This document shows positions 8,936 through 16,768 of a DNA stretch of 53,217 bases, piece after piece (within the stretch, counting starts at the first letter, position 1; each line of letters begins with the position of its first letter). Below the pieces are notes generated by a model, which was not told the DNA's origin, made no database searches, and was given only the letters and a program-made list of their open reading frames with translations. This DNA comes from an uncultured Staphylococcus sp. (GTDB lineage: Bacteria; Bacillota_I; Bacilli_A; RFN20; CAG-826). The DNA lies in assembly GCA_964579925.1 (NCBI GenBank), contig CAZOHK010000001.1, positions 1 to 53,217 of the forward strand, read 5' to 3'. A program made the translations under genes and the position numbers.

Positions 8936-9552
8936 TGTATACCTGGATTCGTTACACCAATATCTTGATCGTTTCAATTATTTTCATCGCCCATTTTTTC
9001 GCTCCAGTAGGATATTTACCATACATGCATACGATGAGCGAACTTGCGGGCCAAGGTGTCCCAAACGCGTGGATATTAACCAGTGGGTTTTTGATCGGTG
9101 GATTATCCTATATGGTATTTTCTTTTTATTACCTTAAGACAGATAAACTACCGTCGTGGTTATTTTGGTTAACCTTCTTAAATGGTTTCATGACATTTTT
9201 ACTTGGTGTCTTTCCAACGAGTTATGACGGACTCTTGAATTATCCGGTTGACGACCTTGTGGTCGTGATTCACCGTTACATTGCCTATGCAAGTAACCTG
9301 TTAACGATTACGAGTATCATCGTCCATGCTGCCAAAAGCAACGACAAGCAATTAAAGCTTCGCCACTTGTTCTTCTTGGTCTTTGCATTCGTCTTTTCTG
9401 GATTCTTTATTTTATATAACCAAGAAATTCGAGGCGTTTTCCAACGTTTGATTTTATTGACCACAACACTTTGGACGGTATCGAGTTATGGAATTTGGAA
9501 ACTAAAGAAGGGTCGATTGAAACAACAAAACTTCTCCAGCGTGAATCGTTAG
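8935..9552 (+). CDS. Polytopic membrane protein of unknown function (DUF998-like)
   Basis: 205 aa with about 6 hydrophobic segments. TAATG stop/start overlap with fabV. Confidence 0.55.
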   Translation: MYTWIRYTNILIVSIIFIAHFFAPVGYLPYMHTMSELAGQGVPNAWILTSGFLIGGLSYMVFSFYYLKTDKLPSWLFWLTFLNGFMTFLLGVFPTSYDGLLNYPVDDLVVVIHRYIAYASNLLTITSIIVHAAKSNDKQLKLRHLFFLVFAFVFSGFFILYNQEIRGVFQRLILLTTTLWTVSSYGIWKLKKGRLKQQNFSSVNR

Positions 9553-10131
9553 TTGAACCGGTTGTTGATTCAACCATTGATTTGATAATGTATACGTAGT
9601 GTCAACATCAATCGCTTGATGTTTTAATGAATACACTGCATGCTCGATTGAGATTTCTGCTTTCGATAATGTAAAGATAGAGAAGACGGCTTGCGATGAA
9701 ATGGGTTGAATTGGATATTGACCACGTCCTAAGTATTGGATGGTTTGTTGCGTGGTTTTAAAGATGATACGTGGGTCTTTCATCCGAAATAATACTTGAA
9801 TCAAGGCTTGTTGATGATCTAACCGTCCGCCACTAAAACCTAATACATCAATCGCTTGATAAGCTTTTTTGATCGCATACGAAAATGCTAACTCCGCATC
9901 GGATTGATTTTTGACCGTGGGGACTTTTTCAATTGGAATATTTAATTGAGTGAGTTTCTTAAAATCTGATGCTGAAAGCGAATCAAAATCACCAATCGCG
10001 TAATCAATCTTGATTTTGTGGTTTAATGCAATCGAAGCCCCATGGTCAACGGCAATGACATCCCCTTTAATCAAGGACAAATCATCGTCTTTGGTTAAAG
10101 ATAAGAGGATCGTTGCACGTTTATTTGCCAT
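9502..10131 (-). CDS. thiN: Thiamine pyrophosphokinase
   Basis: Motifs GDFDS, KNQSDAELA and GFSGGRLDH. I prefer the ATG at 10131 (MANKRAT), which overlaps the upstream stop by 11 nt. The maximal ORF reaches 10203. Confidence 0.85.
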   Translation of the reverse strand: MANKRATILLSLTKDDDLSLIKGDVIAVDHGASIALNHKIKIDYAIGDFDSLSASDFKKLTQLNIPIEKVPTVKNQSDAELAFSYAIKKAYQAIDVLGFSGGRLDHQQALIQVLFRMKDPRIIFKTTQQTIQYLGRGQYPIQPISSQAVFSIFTLSKAEISIEHAVYSLKHQAIDVDTTYTLSNQWLNQQPVQLTIHAGEVLLFQSTLL

Positions 10132-11095
10132 GTAGGAATTGGTTTTTCCAGGTTTGAATGTTGTCGAGTGGTAATTGAATATTGGTTTTGAAGTTATCGT
10201 CAATCATGCCTTCTAACAAGTGAATATCGTTGCGATCTAATACCGTGAGTTGGAAGTCTTTTTTCTTTTCTAATGCACGGTGATCCACTGCCAAAATTAT
10301 CGTTCTTCTCTTTTTTTGTAAGGCGCGAATACCGGCGTGCAAACGGGTGCCAACATAATCGATGTCTTGAGATTCTAAAATTGCATCATAGTCTTCAAGG
10401 TTTGGATAGATTAATTCTAAATTATCGGGAAGGTTAAGCAAGTGTGCGTAATTAAAATCATTAACACCTTGTAACCATAAATAAACTTTTCGATATTTCT
10501 TACTGAGAATATTGAGCATTTGTTGATCGGCAACTGGATTCTTATCATAGTCTGTGAGTGTGGTCACAACATCCGGAGCTTTTTTAGTTGGAATGTCTTT
10601 GCAATGGTCTTTGGTAAGTTTCCACATGGTGGGACATGAGGTGTTGATAATATTTTTAAAACCCATTTCTTGGAATTGTTTAAGCGTGTAATTATCACGG
10701 ACAGAGTGAATCATTTTTTTATCAAGCAAACGAGAATAAAGTAGTTTTGAATATTGATTTGGTAAATCGCCTTTTTTCCACCAGCCAACCCCAACCAGGA
10801 TTAATGGTGAGACAATACTTGCAGATCGTAAATTGATATCCCAAAGTTTAACCAAACGATTCATTTTGCCGCGAATAAGATTTGATCCACATACAAATCG
10901 ATAGTCGAAATCATAACTATAAAAAATATTTTTTAAATACATGGTCACTGGTAAGTGAGTTGATGCTTCAATCACAAAACTAAAATCAATTAATGGCTTT
11001 AAATGTTCACGCACGGATTGAGAAATAATTTTATCGCCAACATTAAATGTGGCGATAGAAGGATCAAGAAGTAAGATACGTTTCATTTCTTTCAT
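10121..11095 (-). CDS. Polysaccharide pyruvyl transferase family protein
   Basis: 324 aa. N-terminal ILLLDPSIATFNVGDKII pattern and overall family-like layout (recalled, not searched). Confidence 0.65.
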   Translation of the reverse strand: MKEMKRILLLDPSIATFNVGDKIISQSVREHLKPLIDFSFVIEASTHLPVTMYLKNIFYSYDFDYRFVCGSNLIRGKMNRLVKLWDINLRSASIVSPLILVGVGWWKKGDLPNQYSKLLYSRLLDKKMIHSVRDNYTLKQFQEMGFKNIINTSCPTMWKLTKDHCKDIPTKKAPDVVTTLTDYDKNPVADQQMLNILSKKYRKVYLWLQGVNDFNYAHLLNLPDNLELIYPNLEDYDAILESQDIDYVGTRLHAGIRALQKKRRTIILAVDHRALEKKKDFQLTVLDRNDIHLLEGMIDDNFKTNIQLPLDNIQTWKNQFLHGK

Positions 11096-11127
11096 GCGAT
11101 ATTATCTTACTATGGATGGGATTAAAA

Positions 11128-11136
11128 TGGTAGAAT
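11128..11136 (+). promoter_or_regulatory. Extended -10 promoter element (TGgTAGAAT) placed 6 nt before the ATG of the Sua5/TsaC gene
   Basis: TGGTAGAAT at 11128-11136 and ATG at 11143, with no SD in between. This geometry fits a leaderless transcript. Confidence 0.4.
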
Positions 11137-11142
11137 AAAACT

Positions 11143-12150
11143 ATGAAATCGACCATTATCAAACACCCCTTATTGGAAGAAAATCTCATTAAAAAAGCAT
11201 TGGAAAACCATGAATTAATCGTTTTTCCAACCGAAACTGTCTATGGATTGGGTGCCTCTATCTATGACGAGGTCGCCGTTCAAAAAATATTCACCACCAA
11301 AGGAAGGCCTCAAGACAATCCTTTAATCATTCATATTGCAGAAATTCACCAACTTGATGACCTGGTTACCGAAGTCAATGCGCATGCAAAAAAATTAATT
11401 GGTGCCTTTTGGCCTGGTCCCTTAACCTTGGTCTTACCGAAATCTTCGAAAGTTCCAAATATCATCACAGCAAACCTTCAAACCGTTGCCATCCGTATGC
11501 CAAAAGATGCATTAGCAAGAGAAGTGATCAAAGCAGCTGGCGTTCCGTTGTGTGCGCCAAGTGCAAATCTTTCTGGTAAACCTTCTGGAACAACGTTTGA
11601 AGCGGTGTATCGAGATTTCTTTGGAAAAGCTGCAATTTTTGTGGATGGTGGTATTCCTGAATATGGTATCGAATCAACAGTGATTGACGTCACCACAAAA
11701 ATTCCCACGATCTTGCGCCCAGGTGCGGTCAGTGTAGAAGCGATTGAAAATGTACTTGGAATGGTGGTCATTTCCTCTACCAAAGTTGATAAAGCCCCAA
11801 AATCTCCAGGGATGAAGTATCAACACTATAAACCTTTTGGTGATGTCATTATTCTAGACGGGGAAGCTGATGAGATTGTGAAGTTTTTAAAAAAACTAAA
11901 AGATTCAGAAGCTGTGTTTATGGGAAGTAATGAAGTATGTGGTCAATTACAATCGCTTTCGATGAATACCTTTGCGTTAGGACCACAATCTACATTAGAA
12001 ACGATTGCAAGAGCCCTTTATCGAACCCTACGAACACTTGATGATTTAAAGATTAAAACCATTTATACTCACACCTTTTCTTCAAAAGGTATTGGTGCGG
12101 CCTTGATGAATCGTTTAGAAAAAGCCTCTTCAAAAACCATAAAACTTTAG
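11143..12150 (+). CDS. tsaC: L-threonylcarbamoyladenylate synthase (Sua5/YwlC/TsaC long form), tRNA t6A synthesis
   Basis: 335 aa. Motifs FPTETVYGLGA, KGRPQDNPLI, SANLSGKPS, plus a C-terminal Sua5 domain. Confidence 0.9.
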   Translation: MKSTIIKHPLLEENLIKKALENHELIVFPTETVYGLGASIYDEVAVQKIFTTKGRPQDNPLIIHIAEIHQLDDLVTEVNAHAKKLIGAFWPGPLTLVLPKSSKVPNIITANLQTVAIRMPKDALAREVIKAAGVPLCAPSANLSGKPSGTTFEAVYRDFFGKAAIFVDGGIPEYGIESTVIDVTTKIPTILRPGAVSVEAIENVLGMVVISSTKVDKAPKSPGMKYQHYKPFGDVIILDGEADEIVKFLKKLKDSEAVFMGSNEVCGQLQSLSMNTFALGPQSTLETIARALYRTLRTLDDLKIKTIYTHTFSSKGIGAALMNRLEKASSKTIKL

Positions 12151-12156
12151 TTTCTT

Positions 12157-12684
12157 ATGAAGCAAGGCATCTTATGTATCTTTTCGGGTCCACCATTATC
12201 TGGTAAATCAACCTTCATCGGAATCCTCAAGAAAAATCTTTCTGATTTTGAAATTGTCTCAACGGATGAGATCCGTTTTGAATATGCAAAAGATTACCAA
12301 TTCAGGCCAGAACAAGAAAGTCGCGTTTGGGCGTCAGCCTATCAACGCGCAAGACAACTGCTTGAACAAGGAAAGATTGTTGCCTTTGATGCCACATTAA
12401 TCAACCCAGAATTTCGTGGCCAACTACTTCTACAATTCCCTAAAACCTTGATAATATATTTTGCATTTACCAAACTTCCCTTTGCAATCATTGAAGCACG
12501 TAACGAAAAAAGAACATGGAAAAAAATTGATTCGAATGCCCTCAGAGCTATGTATGACGGTTATCAATTTCCTACCCCTTCCGAGAAAACTTACTATTAT
12601 CGTGTCTTCGAGGTTGAAAATGATAACCTGTCGGATACAATAGAAACAGGAGTCGCCTTCATAAAAAATCTACATGGATCCTAA
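12157..12684 (+). CDS. P-loop NTPase/kinase (AAA_33-like)
   Basis: 175 aa. Walker A GPPLSGKST. Substrate unknown. Confidence 0.6.
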   Translation: MKQGILCIFSGPPLSGKSTFIGILKKNLSDFEIVSTDEIRFEYAKDYQFRPEQESRVWASAYQRARQLLEQGKIVAFDATLINPEFRGQLLLQFPKTLIIYFAFTKLPFAIIEARNEKRTWKKIDSNALRAMYDGYQFPTPSEKTYYYRVFEVENDNLSDTIETGVAFIKNLHGS

Positions 12685-13063
12685 ATTACACCCAATGGAA
12701 TCTGACGAACCGATGATGTTGATGCATCGGTTTTTAGCGGATGTCATTTTTGAATATCGTGAAAATGAAATCAAGGATTGGCTTCAAGGGCTCTCATTAG
12801 CAAACATTCAAGAGATTTTAAAACGTCCTGGAAACGAAGACTTACTTAGCAATGCCTTTATTATTCCTTTTACTTTTTTACATTATGCAGTGGTGCCAGG
12901 TTCGCACCTCGTTGAATCGTTAAAGACATGGTTAAATCAACACCCACTCATTCCCAACAACAATACAATTTTGCAAAAGACAAAATTAAATTTTGATCGA
13001 ATCTTTAAAGGAAAAACTGAATTTATTCATGACGTCAATAACGACGGTCATAAATCTTATTAA
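12674..13063 (+). CDS. Hypothetical protein
   Basis: 129-aa ORF. Its start overlaps the kinase stop by 11 nt. No recognisable motif. Confidence 0.4.
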   Translation: MDPKLHPMESDEPMMLMHRFLADVIFEYRENEIKDWLQGLSLANIQEILKRPGNEDLLSNAFIIPFTFLHYAVVPGSHLVESLKTWLNQHPLIPNNNTILQKTKLNFDRIFKGKTEFIHDVNNDGHKSY

Positions 13064-13874
13064 TGAGATCGATAATGCGGATGTTTTTAAGCGAGATGTG
13101 TCCTAATTCTTTTTTAACCATTCCATAAAGTTCTTGAATTTTGGTTTGAGAAGCTTTCAACCCCAATTGACTGACAAAGGTGGCTTTCTTTAACGCAACA
13201 TCGGATTTCGATTTTTGCAATTGTGCTTCGGATACTGTTACTTCCAAAACATCATCTTGGATTTGAAACATTAATCCCAACCACAAACCAATTTTTCCCC
13301 AAACTGCTTCATCCTTCGGTGAGGCAATCAAGGCACCAATGCGAAAGGCTGCTTCAAGTAATTTTCCAGTTTTATGGTTACTAATCAAAGTTAAGTGATT
13401 GACATCCACTTGTTTTCCTTCTGCTTCCAAATCTAAATGTTGGCCGTATACCATCCCTTGTAATCCTGCACGTGTGGCGAGTAGCTCTACGATTTTTACT
13501 TTTTGATGATCGGTTAATACATTTGACGTGGTGACCCGTTCAAAGGAATTGGTAAGCAATCCATCACCCAATAAGATTGCAGTTCCTTCATCAAATTGTT
13601 TGTGAATGGTTGGCACACCATGTCGAAGGGTGTCATCGTCCATGGCAGGAAGGTCATCGTGAATCAATGAATATAAATGAATCATTTCTAGTGAAGTTGC
13701 CACATCCACATAAGGTAATGGATCGATGCCGTAACTATCGATGAGCGTTAAAATGACAAGCGGCCTAAATCTTTTGCCACCGGCTTTTACCGCGTAAACT
13801 GCCGCTTCCTTTAGTTTCGAAACGGGTACGCATTCAAGGTATGTTAATAACGATTTTTCAATGTTGTCTTTCAT
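13035..13874 (-). CDS. ispA: Short-chain (E)-polyprenyl diphosphate synthase, predicted farnesyl diphosphate synthase
   Basis: FARM LIHDDLPAMDDD and SARM FQIQDDVLE. Tyr at position -5 before the FARM (MIHLYSLIHDD). ATGA overlap with fni. Confidence 0.85.
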   Translation of the reverse strand: MKDNIEKSLLTYLECVPVSKLKEAAVYAVKAGGKRFRPLVILTLIDSYGIDPLPYVDVATSLEMIHLYSLIHDDLPAMDDDTLRHGVPTIHKQFDEGTAILLGDGLLTNSFERVTTSNVLTDHQKVKIVELLATRAGLQGMVYGQHLDLEAEGKQVDVNHLTLISNHKTGKLLEAAFRIGALIASPKDEAVWGKIGLWLGLMFQIQDDVLEVTVSEAQLQKSKSDVALKKATFVSQLGLKASQTKIQELYGMVKKELGHISLKNIRIIDLINKIYDRRY

Positions 13875-14863
13875 AAGCTTTCTTTTAAGGATGGATCGAT
13901 CGTGTAGGCAGCTGTGGTAAGCAATGAAATGTTCTTCTTACCAAGGACCAACATGATCAGTTTTAATTCTTCAATGAATGCATCCATCATGGCCAGTGCC
14001 TCTTCATGGGTATGGTTTTTCACAAGATGCAAGAAGTATCCAGACAAACCAACCATCTTTGCACCAAGCGCTAAACTTTTGATGACATCTAACGGATTGC
14101 GAATACCACCACTTGCAATGATCGTTAATTGAGGGAATTTTTTTGCAGTAAGTAAGGATTGAACCGTGGAGATTCCCCATTGATCAAAACTTTGAATCTT
14201 ATGCGTTCGGCGATGGTTTTCGATAATTGAAAAATTCGTTCCACCTTGGCCGGCAACATCAACATACTGGATACCAATCGATCGTAATTGTTGAAACGAT
14301 TGATGACTCATCCCAAACCCGACTTCTTTGACAATCACGGGAATGGATAACCCTTGGCGAATGGTTTGAACCAACGATAACCATCCTTTGAAATGTTTAT
14401 CCCCTTCTGGCATGACTGCTTCTTGGACAGGGTTAATGTGGATTTGTAATGCATTTGCCTTTAAAAGATCAACTGCTTTTTTCGCATTGACCAACGATTG
14501 ACCACCGCCAACATTTGCAAAAACAAATCCTTCTGGATAAATCTCTCTTAAGACCGTAAATGAAGATGCCAATGCTGGGTTTTTGATTGCAGCACTCACC
14601 GAACCTGTGGCAATTGGAATTTGATAATGTTTGGCTAAGCGAGCAAACCGTTCATTGAGGGTTTTGGCTTGATCACTCCCACCCGTCATCGCGTTAATAA
14701 AAAAAGGTAAGGGGAATCGCCGATTAAACATTTGAATGGATAGATCAATTTCATCAAGGTTTGTTTCTGGAAATGCATGATGAACAAAACCTAACTTATC
14801 AAAATCATTAAGTTGAGGTTGTTGGATGGAAGCAAATTGAATGTGGTCGTCTTTTCTATTCAT
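13871..14863 (-). CDS. fni: Type 2 (FMN-dependent) isopentenyl-diphosphate delta-isomerase
   Basis: 330 aa. TIM-barrel motifs INAMTGG, VKEVGFG, VDVAGQGGTNF. Mevalonate operon context. Confidence 0.9.
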   Translation of the reverse strand: MNRKDDHIQFASIQQPQLNDFDKLGFVHHAFPETNLDEIDLSIQMFNRRFPLPFFINAMTGGSDQAKTLNERFARLAKHYQIPIATGSVSAAIKNPALASSFTVLREIYPEGFVFANVGGGQSLVNAKKAVDLLKANALQIHINPVQEAVMPEGDKHFKGWLSLVQTIRQGLSIPVIVKEVGFGMSHQSFQQLRSIGIQYVDVAGQGGTNFSIIENHRRTHKIQSFDQWGISTVQSLLTAKKFPQLTIIASGGIRNPLDVIKSLALGAKMVGLSGYFLHLVKNHTHEEALAMMDAFIEELKLIMLVLGKKNISLLTTAAYTIDPSLKESL

Positions 14864-14865
14864 GA

Positions 14866-15855
14866 TTAGATTATATCGGAAAGTATTAAAAAATTATGTC
14901 TTTTCATTGCAACGTGAAAGGTTTTGATTTGATCATCTGGCAAGAAAGCAAGGACGCAGTCACCACCACCCGCTCCAGAAAACTTTGCCACGCCACCCAG
15001 CAAATCCGCTTGATGAATGATTGATTCGATTCCTTTTGTCAATAACATCACTTGGCTCTGTTTAGCCAATTCACTCAAGTGAAGATGGAGTTGATGAATC
15101 CCTTGATGAGACCAAGAAGCCAATAAGTCATTTATCAACACATTACTTTTTGTAACCCAATTGGGATTAATAAACGGTTTGACCGCCTTGACGAGTTGAT
15201 GAGAGTCAGCAGATTGTCCTGAATAAACGACCACCGGTTTTAAACCGATGTTTTCAATCGGTTTTAACCACAAGCCTTCCCAATCCATCTTCATTAAGGT
15301 TTGAACATGAAGTGTTTTCATGTCATGCAGGAGGTTTAAAGAAAATTTGCGATAGTGAATGGGTTGACCAACACTGCTACAAGCAACATCGCCAAATGAT
15401 GTTTCTTGATAATTTTGAATCGTGGCAATGACCGCAAGTTTATACAAATCCAAAGGGGTAAAGGTGATGTCATAAAAGTTAAGTAAGGCACCAATGACGG
15501 CAACCGTTAATGCGCCACTGCTACCCAAACCGTATTTTCCGTGTTTGGCAACAAGGGTCGAATCAATCGTCATATCAAAAGACTTCCATGCAATTTTTTT
15601 AGATTCCATCCATTGACGAACGACCTCAATGGATAATCTTAAATAGGTGTTGCTGATGTCACTTATCCAAACAAACTTCATGGATTCATTTGGATATTGT
15701 AGGTTGGTAATGGATGAGTTTTTCTTTTGGACAACGGTGACCTTGATTCCTTTTTTTACAGGTAAGATAATCGCTTCTCCATTTGGAAATGTGACCGCAT
15801 ATTCACCTGCTAGAAATAATTTGCCAGGAGCAAAAAAACTAGCTTGTTTTGGCAT
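14866..15855 (-). CDS. mvaK2: Phosphomevalonate kinase (GHMP family)
   Basis: GHMP motif GLGSSGA and N-terminal APGKLFLAGEYAV. I prefer the ATG at 15855 over the TTG at 15870. Confidence 0.85.
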   Translation of the reverse strand: MPKQASFFAPGKLFLAGEYAVTFPNGEAIILPVKKGIKVTVVQKKNSSITNLQYPNESMKFVWISDISNTYLRLSIEVVRQWMESKKIAWKSFDMTIDSTLVAKHGKYGLGSSGALTVAVIGALLNFYDITFTPLDLYKLAVIATIQNYQETSFGDVACSSVGQPIHYRKFSLNLLHDMKTLHVQTLMKMDWEGLWLKPIENIGLKPVVVYSGQSADSHQLVKAVKPFINPNWVTKSNVLINDLLASWSHQGIHQLHLHLSELAKQSQVMLLTKGIESIIHQADLLGGVAKFSGAGGGDCVLAFLPDDQIKTFHVAMKRHNFLILSDII

Positions 15856-16768
15856 GAGCTTTTCCACCAATTCGAGAAACCAAATAACGAGCTTTGATGT
15901 TTGCTTTCAATTGTTTTTCCCATAATGGTAAATCTTGACCTTGAATAAGAATTTTAACATTCGGTCCTGCGTCCATCGTGGTAAATCCTACCAATCCTTT
16001 TGATCGCGCTTCTTTAACCATTTGAAGAACCTTTAAGGATTCAGCTTGTTGATAAACAATCGGAGGATTGGCTTGATTCATAATCTGGTGAAGTCGTTGA
16101 CTATTTTTTTCCATGACCAAACCCATCGACATCCAATCTTTTTTTTCAATCGCAGCAGTGATCTCTAAAAAGTCTTGATCACTCGCTTTCACCCAAGCAC
16201 CATAATCCCTTGCAGTATCCATCGTCACTTGCATGGCATCGCGACTCGACAACGCTTTCTTTGCTTCTGAGATCAACACCACAATCATCCGAAGATCTTG
16301 AAATGGGTTTTTTAAGGTTCGTAAAGATCCATTCTTTTCCCAAATGGCAAAATCATCGACAAGACTTCGACACGAACTACCGGAACCAATTCTAGTTAAC
16401 GTTGCTAATTCTTGAAGCGTGTAATGGGATTGAAAATGGGCATTTAATCCAACGGTTAATGCAGCAAATCCAGAAGCAGATGACGCTAAGCCTGAAGCAG
16501 TTGGAAAATTATTGGTAGAGCGAATCATCACTTGATCATCACGGAAATGCTTTAAAACAGCTTTCACTCTTTCCGTTTCTTTTTCATCTGCGATTTTTTG
16601 ATTCAATTCAAATGAAAAGGGTCCTGTTTCGATTTTGGTTTCAGTGAATAAATCCGTAAGGGTTAAGGAAATCGAGGTCGTCGTGGGTAACACCAAGGTT
16701 CGATTTGCTTTTCCCCAATACTTAATTAAGGCAATATTGACGGGAGAGGTTGAAATGACCGATTTCAT
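15839..16768 (-). CDS. mvaD: Diphosphomevalonate decarboxylase
   Basis: Motifs NIALIKYWGK and GLASSASG. The ATG at 16768 forms an ATGA overlap with the mvk stop. The maximal ORF reaches 16789. Confidence 0.9.
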   Translation of the reverse strand: MKSVISTSPVNIALIKYWGKANRTLVLPTTTSISLTLTDLFTETKIETGPFSFELNQKIADEKETERVKAVLKHFRDDQVMIRSTNNFPTASGLASSASGFAALTVGLNAHFQSHYTLQELATLTRIGSGSSCRSLVDDFAIWEKNGSLRTLKNPFQDLRMIVVLISEAKKALSSRDAMQVTMDTARDYGAWVKASDQDFLEITAAIEKKDWMSMGLVMEKNSQRLHQIMNQANPPIVYQQAESLKVLQMVKEARSKGLVGFTTMDAGPNVKILIQGQDLPLWEKQLKANIKARYLVSRIGGKAHAKTS

